Of a stretch of 64,000 bases of DNA, positions 56,101-64,000 are shown one piece after another; position 1 is the first letter of the stretch; each line of letters begins with the position of its first letter. Under the pieces are notes generated by a model. It made no database searches and was not told the origin of the DNA. It saw only the letters and a program-made list of their open reading frames with translations. The DNA comes from Paramecium tetraurelia. Its lineage: Eukaryota. Location: assembly GCA_000165425.1 (NCBI GenBank), contig CT868097.1, forward strand, positions 6,867-70,866, in the 5' to 3' direction. A program made the position numbers and the translations under genes.

Positions 56101-58373
56101 ATGAATCCAATGAAAAGGAATGTTTGAGTTGCAATGATTATGTCAATCCTCCAACTACTCATTACTGCTATTCAAAGTGTGGAGATGGTATTATACAATG
56201 GAAGGAGGATTGCGATGATGGCAATGATAATTATAGAGATAATTGCTATAAGTGTTTAAATGGTAACTCGTTTTGTTTAGATTACACATGCACTGCTTGT
56301 GATGCTGGTCGTTGCACAGCCTGTATCGATGGATTCTATTTAACACAAGATTCTATATGTCTGCCTTGTGATCAAAGTTGCAAGACTTGCATACACTAAT
56401 CGGATAATTGTACTGATTGTATTGTATATTAACCTGATGGATCTGGATGTGTAATCTGTAACCAAGATCAAGGTTATCAAATCTAAGGAGATTAATGTGT
56501 CCATATCTGTGGAGATGGTATCAAAGTTTAGAATGAACAATGCGATGATGGAAATCTAGAGAATAATGATGGTTGTAATCAATAATGTCAAATCGAAGAA
56601 GGTTATTAATGTTAGACTTTATGTGAAAAGATAATCTATCCATCTATTATATTTGAGTAAAATCCCTATGATAATAAATACGATTCATAAAGAATAGTAA
56701 GAATCAAGACAGATTAAAAGGTATCAATATCTGGCAGTATCAATTCAATTATGAAATTCAAAATCAATAATCTAAATTAATACGAAATCTCTATCATCGA
56801 TCTAACATAATACTCTGATTTGTATACTTAATTGTTTCTAGAATTGAACATCCAATTTCAATCAGTAGTTTCAAGTCCTTAATTAATTTGTTAAATAATA
56901 GATCAAGATGCGATCCTCAATTAATAAGGCAATACATTCAAAGAGAAGAATTATGTTACTTCCTTATTGGAATTTCAGGCTCCTTCAAATTCAACGGAGA
57001 GTGCAACTGATGGCTTAATGAAATTGAGTAAGTACATTTTGTACCTGCTCTTTGGATTCGCTGTTTTGGCATTTCTGTTTGGAGGTCTGAATATATTTTG
57101 GAATCTCTTGGATGTTCTGCAATTAGTATCCTACTTACAATTTTTGAATGTGGAATATCCTTACAATGTTAAGAATTATTTTACTATATTTGGATTTGCC
57201 CAATTCGATTATATTAAGCAATATATTAATTTAGAATAATACATTAGTGAATATGTGAATACACCAGATGCAGATCCCAAGTTTCGAGATGAAGGATACT
57301 CTACAGTCTTCTATGTAAACATCATAACAGTTTTGACTGTGTTCATAACTACATTGATCACTTTCATTGGATGTAGAATGCTGTTTTCAACTTTGACTAA
57401 GATTTCACATTCTTTTATTTATGCTCCCATTGATTTACAGGAACAAAGTGTGTGCACATTCTTCATCTACAGAATTACTAGAAACTTATAGCAATCCCTC
57501 TTAAAAATCAATTAGTAATTTATGTCTGGAGTGATTCGCACATTCACGGCAGTTGCCTTTGATTATAACTTAGCTTTGTTTCTGTAAATAAAGGATGTGT
57601 ATTTGAGAGACCCAATCTTATTCTCCAGTTTTATATTTTGCATAATTGCTTTGTTTTTAGAGATGGCATTCATTTACTCGGCAATACTGTTCATGTCAAA
57701 ACCAGATTATGTTTTCAAATAGAGAGTGACACAAAATAATTATGGAGCAATATATGAAGGCGTAAAGTTGGAGAAGAATCCATTCACTTATTACTTCAAC
57801 ATAATCTTATTGATAAAGAAGATGTTATTCATGATGTTTTTAGTTATGTTTTACTCAATGCCTTACATTTAGATTGGATTGGTGTCCTTATTAAACATGG
57901 CGATGGCTGCTTATTTGATAAAAGTGAAACCTCTTGAAGATAAAGATGAATTAATTAAGCAAGTTGGATCTGAGATGATTATTTGGTTAGCAGAATTGTT
58001 TATAATGGGTTTAGCCATTAATGAGTAATCCAATTAATTGGAAGAGAATGGAAAATTGAATTTAGGATGGTTTGTCATAGCATCTACATCCTTTCTTATA
58101 TTGTTTCAATTGTTCATCGATATTAAGTAGCATATCAACTTCTTAATTCATGAATATGCTATAATCAAAAAGTTGATTGATAGAATCAGATTGTTTGTTA
58201 GTAAGTAAGAACCAGAAGAGGAACAAAATATATTCCTTAAGGGAAGAAGAAGACTAGGATTTGAGAACATTACTACATTCAATAATCTCAATAGTACAAA
58301 GAATAATAGATCCACTTGCCATTTTAAATAAGGAAGAGTTGCAACATTTACAGTCAGCTCAAGTAGCAGCTGA
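53142..58373 (+). CDS. Large cysteine-rich multi-pass surface protein (furin-like repeats, CGDG...CDDGN repeats, C-terminal multi-TM domain)
   Basis: Signal peptide, many CxxCxxxCxxC repeats, KCGDGIIQWKEDCDDGN and ICGDGIKVQNEQCDDGN, then FWNLLDVLQLVSYLQFLNVEYPYN followed by several TM helices. Confidence 0.88.
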
Positions 58374-58452
58374 AATCCATCCTCTTATCTTTTGCTGTGT
58401 GTATATTATTTCATATCTATATATATATATATCAATAGTATCCAAATCATTT

Positions 58453-59527
<1,075 letters not shown>

Positions 59528-59605
59528 ATTTTATGATAAATTAGTTAGATTGATGTTTTTAAAGAATATTTTGAAAAAATAAATAAAATCTTTTTATTTA
59601 TAATC

Positions 59606-60057
59606 ATGGGTGTCGGAAAACCAAGAGGTATGCGAGCGGGAAGAAAGCTCAAAGATCACAGAAGAGTTAATAGATGGGCTGATAAGGAATATAATAAGGC
59701 TATGATTGGATCAAGATATAAAAATCCATTTATGGGTGCATCACATGCTAAGGGATTGGTTGTCGAAAAAATTGGAGTGTAATAATTAAATGATTATTTT
59801 TTAGTGAATCCAAATAACCAAACTCTGCCGTCAGAAAGTGTGTTAGAGTATTGCTCAAGAAAAATGGAAAAAAAATATCAGCCTTCGTTCCAAAGGATGG
59901 TTGCTTGAACTTTTTAAATGAAAACGATGAAGTCACAGTAGCTGGATTCGGAAGAAAGGGACATGCAGTCGGAGATATTCCAGGGGTCAGATTCAAGATC
60001 ATCGCTGTTAAAGGCAAATCTTTACTTGCTTTGTGGTTAGGCAAGGTCGAAAAATGA
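59606..60057 (+). CDS. RPS23: 40S ribosomal protein S23 (uS12)
   Basis: [41 protein letters not shown] and [13 protein letters not shown]. One 26-nt intron. Confidence 0.97.
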
Positions 60058-60096
60058 CAGTACAATAACAATCCATTAAATATATTTATCTAAACC

Positions 60097-61383
60097 TCAC
60101 AATTATTTTTTGATTAAAATGCGCTCTCCTTCATCTTCAAACTCCTTCTTTAATATCCACATACTTTTGAATGATGCCAAATGAGATAAAATTGATCCAC
60201 CTTACCAACTCAATGTGATTCTTTCAGGTGGAGCCCAAATTTTCACCTTATATTTTTATTAATATTGATACCTTAGCCTCTTTTGGAACTAATCTCTTAA
60301 CTTCTCCTATTAATCTTTCTGGGAATCCTTACATCATTGAAGTTCCTCCTGTCAAAACAATTTCACTATATAATGGTTTTCTCAAATCCAAATCAACTTT
60401 CTATATCGAATTTGCCAAAATCTCAGGGATTGCTAAATATTCTTTCTTTTTATATTACAATTCAATTCTAAACCATACTTCTCTGGACACATCAAAATCT
60501 CTGGAGCTCTTTATTTCTCAAAACTCAACTCAATGGTACTATTATCGGGTAACATATATTAATCTTTGATCTTCCTCTCCTCCTAAAACTTGTCTTCTCC
60601 AATCATAGCTGGACTTAAGAAACATCTTTTTTCCTTAACCTTCTTTATAATTTCATATTCTGCCTTTTATGATAATTAACACTCCTTACTGTAGTAGTGA
60701 ATGTGTATCCTGCTCTTCTCAATAAATTATTCAAATTCTCTGTAACATCTCTACCTGCCAGATCAACTCTCTATGCACTGTGTTAAATATAGAATCCGTC
60801 ATAAATTGGAATACTTTAAGAAACTGTGTCTCCAACATCCAGAATTACTCCTGTTGTTTTGCCGCTTGCGAATAGACTGATAACTCCAGATACTGCAAAG
60901 AACAAAGCTGGACAATTATAGCTTTCAAAAAATTGTTTTGCAATCTCCACTTTCTATGATTATGAAGCATATGGCGGTTCAGTCAATAATATTGGACACT
61001 ACAATACAATTGATTATTACTTCTTTGGGATTTCCATGCAATTCCTAAAATGTATATTTCCATAATTAATCCATTTCATTCATGTCTTTAATCACACCTC
61101 TTTAATAAGGGTATTTGATTTTCATCATCCCTCTTGTACTATCTGTAATTTAATTTCCTACATAAAATTCTTGACTATTTGCTACAGGTAAGGCTTTATA
61201 TTTGGGGCGTCCAATACTTAATTATTTTTCAATTTATTTACTATGAATTGAAAATCAATTTTGGTTTGTCATCCCCACCAAATCCAGCCTTCATCTGACT
61301 TGAACCCTATTAATTGATATTTTAGATTTGTTTACCATATCAATTACAATCGAGTTATTAGCAAATATGTCATTGTCCATCAT
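60097..61383 (-). CDS. Actin-related protein, ARP1/centractin-like
   Basis: IVIDMGSSQMKAGFGGDD, IGRPK, CPILLTEPP, LFASGKTTGVILDVGD, RVDLAGRDVT, LTGGTS, APPER..SWQGGSILSHLASFKSMWI.RKEFEDEG. Several introns. Confidence 0.85.
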
Positions 61384-62011
61384 ATAAATTAAATATAATT
61401 TAATTCATACTTCACATTAATGTGAACATTTAATATGATATCAAATTTCATTTCTTTTTTATTTTTAAGTTTCTTGCTCTTTATTGTATTCCTAAGCACT
61501 TTTGTAATTCAATAAAATATTTATTCAGGAATCATTTAGTAATTCATTTTTTAATTGTACACTCTATGATTTCTATTATCATTCTGTTATTTTCTTATCA
61601 AAATTATCATTCTCAAAATCGAAATCTCCTCCATTAACATTATTTTGAATACCAATTGGAAACTACTTATATTATTTGTATTCTTTATATCATAAACACT
61701 TCTAGCTGATCAAATCTAATCTTGCTATTTACTAAAAGCTTTTCAAAATAAAGAGAGAATAACCCAAGTGTCAGTTAATGTTTTTAATAGGTTTTTTCAT
61801 CATCTTCTTTCGTTTTATATCAAATTCCTAATTTGCAAAATTTAAGTTTTAGAATTAAATTAAACAAAACACCTATGTTAGAATCAAAAATTAAAATTCT
61901 TAAAACAATTTCTCGTTTAATCAATTAAATTAATTATCAAAGAGAATTAAATCGATCATTTTTCAAGTAGACTTTATTTATTTAAAATTATTAAATTATT
62001 TATACTACAAA

Positions 62012-64000
62012 TCAAAAATAATGTTCCTTTAATATATCGTTGAGTTCTTAGTCTCTAATAGGTTTGACGAGATAATTCAATACGCCAATTTTCTTACATT
62101 CTTCTCTTTCCTTATGATCTGTATACCCAGAGCAAGCAATGATAATTTGATTTGGATTTATTTTAAGCACTTCCTTAGAAGCATTAAAACCATTCAATAT
62201 TGGCATCTCCAAGTCCATAAAGATTAATCGATAGCCACTACAAGTTTAGCAACATTTTTTTTTTTTCAACTTTTCAATGCATTCGCTACCATTTGATGCC
62301 GAATCTATATCTAGAATGTTTCTAACTATCAATATCAATATTTACTTTTTATTCAATAATTTTGTGAACGTAAAGACATTAAATATCTCATCATCAACTA
62401 TTAAAATATGAGGGCATCTAGTAAGAGGGGGTTCTAAGTCGATTGATTTTGGAGGTTCCAACAAAAATGTCATTCCTTCATCAACATCTTAGGACTAACC
62501 TTGATTTTCTTTAATGCGATAATTTGACACTCTCTTCAGTCTAGTTTATTAGATTTGCAAGTTAAAAAAAAAATAAGTACCTTAATTTAACTTTGAATCT
62601 ATCTATAAACCACCAAAACCTATAGAACTTGCTATCTGATTACTGATAACCAAACCTAATCCCACTCCATTCTCATTCCTCTTTCTACTTTCTTCAGAAT
62701 TAACTTTCGAAAATTACTTGAATAGTTATTTTTAATCTTCATTAGAGATACCAATTCCATCATCTTGCACGCCTATTCTGATTGTTGTGTTATCTATAGA
62801 GGAGACGAGTATGGTAATTTTATTGGACGCAAATTTAAAGCTATTGCTCAATAAATTCACCAAAATTTATTTGATTCTATTCCGATCACTAAAAACTAGA
62901 GAGGGAGCTTAATTATCATAGACATAGGAAAGGTTTAATTTTAAGATCTTAGCCTTCAATGCAAATAATTTCAAGCACTCTTTGATCAGTAATTACAAAT
63001 TGAATCTTGTCTATTGAATTGTAAATTTACCATTTTTTATTTGAGCCAAGTCTAGCAAATCATTTGATAAATTTAAAATATAATATGAATTATCCAAAGC
63101 AGCTTGAAGCATCTCAGAATTGTCCATAGTTAATTAATTAGTGTGCAGTACATTTTCAATCATCTAAATAATGCAATTCAGAGGAGATCTGTATTCATGA
63201 CTTACATAGGATAGCATTTTTGATTTTTATAGATCATATTCTCTCAAATATTTGATTTTTTATTTATGAGTAATGTCTCTAATCAAAATAAAGAATAAAT
63301 TGTTCTCCCTTTTGGTTATAGTGAGTTCCAACATTTTCTCTGTTTTTCTTTCATTCTAAGACATTGCAACAATATTATGAGGGTAGAATGTTTGTAATGT
63401 AAAAAATTCGTTCTAAAGACTATTTTATTTAAATTTACTAAAAATTTCTTTAAATTAGTTGACTACTTTTTTTTCTTGATTCAATTCTAATAGAATTTAG
63501 TAATGCGGATTGTTGGATTGATTTATCTATTCATTCTTTAAATAAGCCATACTTTTGCATAATTATTTTTATTGATTAATTTGTAAAAAATTGTCATCTT
63601 AGGAATGATGCTATTAATATTATATGTTGTTTAAAGAATTAAAAATGTCAAGAATTTCTTTTGCTGAGTTAACTGAAAACAATGTTTTTGATGCTATATT
63701 GGTAAATACTATCTCCATCTCCTAATTTAATTAGTTTAATCTCATAACTACTAATCCTTCATGTGTAAATTCCATCATTACGTCTAGTATATTCGTGTTT
63801 AAAACTTGTTTTTGAAAAGTGTAATCTGGCAGCAGAAAATGATAGAACGGAAATTCTTTACTCTTTGGGGATAGCTTATCTGTATCAGACAATGAAGATG
63901 CCCTGTCTTTCCTAGTGATTATGTAATCTATCTTCTAGTTGTGTTGCTAAACACTTAATTTGTTTTTTGGAATAATCACTTTTTACAATCCGTTGGCCAA
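62012..64000 (-). CDS. Hybrid sensor histidine kinase / response regulator (5' part outside window)
   Basis: H box LSYVSHEYRSPLN, N box RIKQILVNLLSNSFKF, G1 VQDDGIGI and G2 GVGLGLVIS. Receiver domain ILIVDD, IFMDLEMPILNG, IIACSG and KPI. PAS-like segment upstream (HEGLVV..YFTNIA). Confidence 0.92.

Noticed and set aside
60040..60057. RPS23 C-terminus slightly shorter than typical (ends GKVEK)
   Set aside because: Only a few residues in a variable tail; cannot be distinguished from lineage variation without orthologs.
59748..60569. Minus-strand 107-aa ORF over RPS23 and plus-strand 113-aa ORF over ARP1
   Set aside because: Antisense shadows of conserved genes.

Overview
Very AT-rich, gene-dense ciliate DNA, almost certainly from a Paramecium (aurelia-type) somatic (macronuclear) scaffold. 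Genes read only with the ciliate code (TAA/TAG = Gln, TGA = stop) and carry 20-30 nt GT..AG introns, so the supplied ORF track shows only fragments. By manual translation I can support about 35 genes and pseudogenes. These include a ct6A dehydratase (TCD), eIF2B-epsilon, an RNF5-like RING E3, CDPK7-like, CAMK, MAPK and Aurora-like kinases, COG2, PI4K-beta, MORN, vWA, a beta/gamma-crystallin secretory protein, Cys-rich surface proteins, an old yellow enzyme, RPS23, ARP1 and a hybrid histidine kinase. Several genes appear to be decaying, and there is one 121-N gap. The most notable items are a decayed IS630/Tc1/mariner DD(32)E transposase relic at about 2.3-2.8 kb, a 47-aa Tom5-like microprotein, an OYE with a rewired active site (HxxN to QxxS), a catalytically dead USP, and ATGA stop/start overlaps. 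All calls come from reading the sequence by eye; no database searches were run, and some gene ends are approximate.
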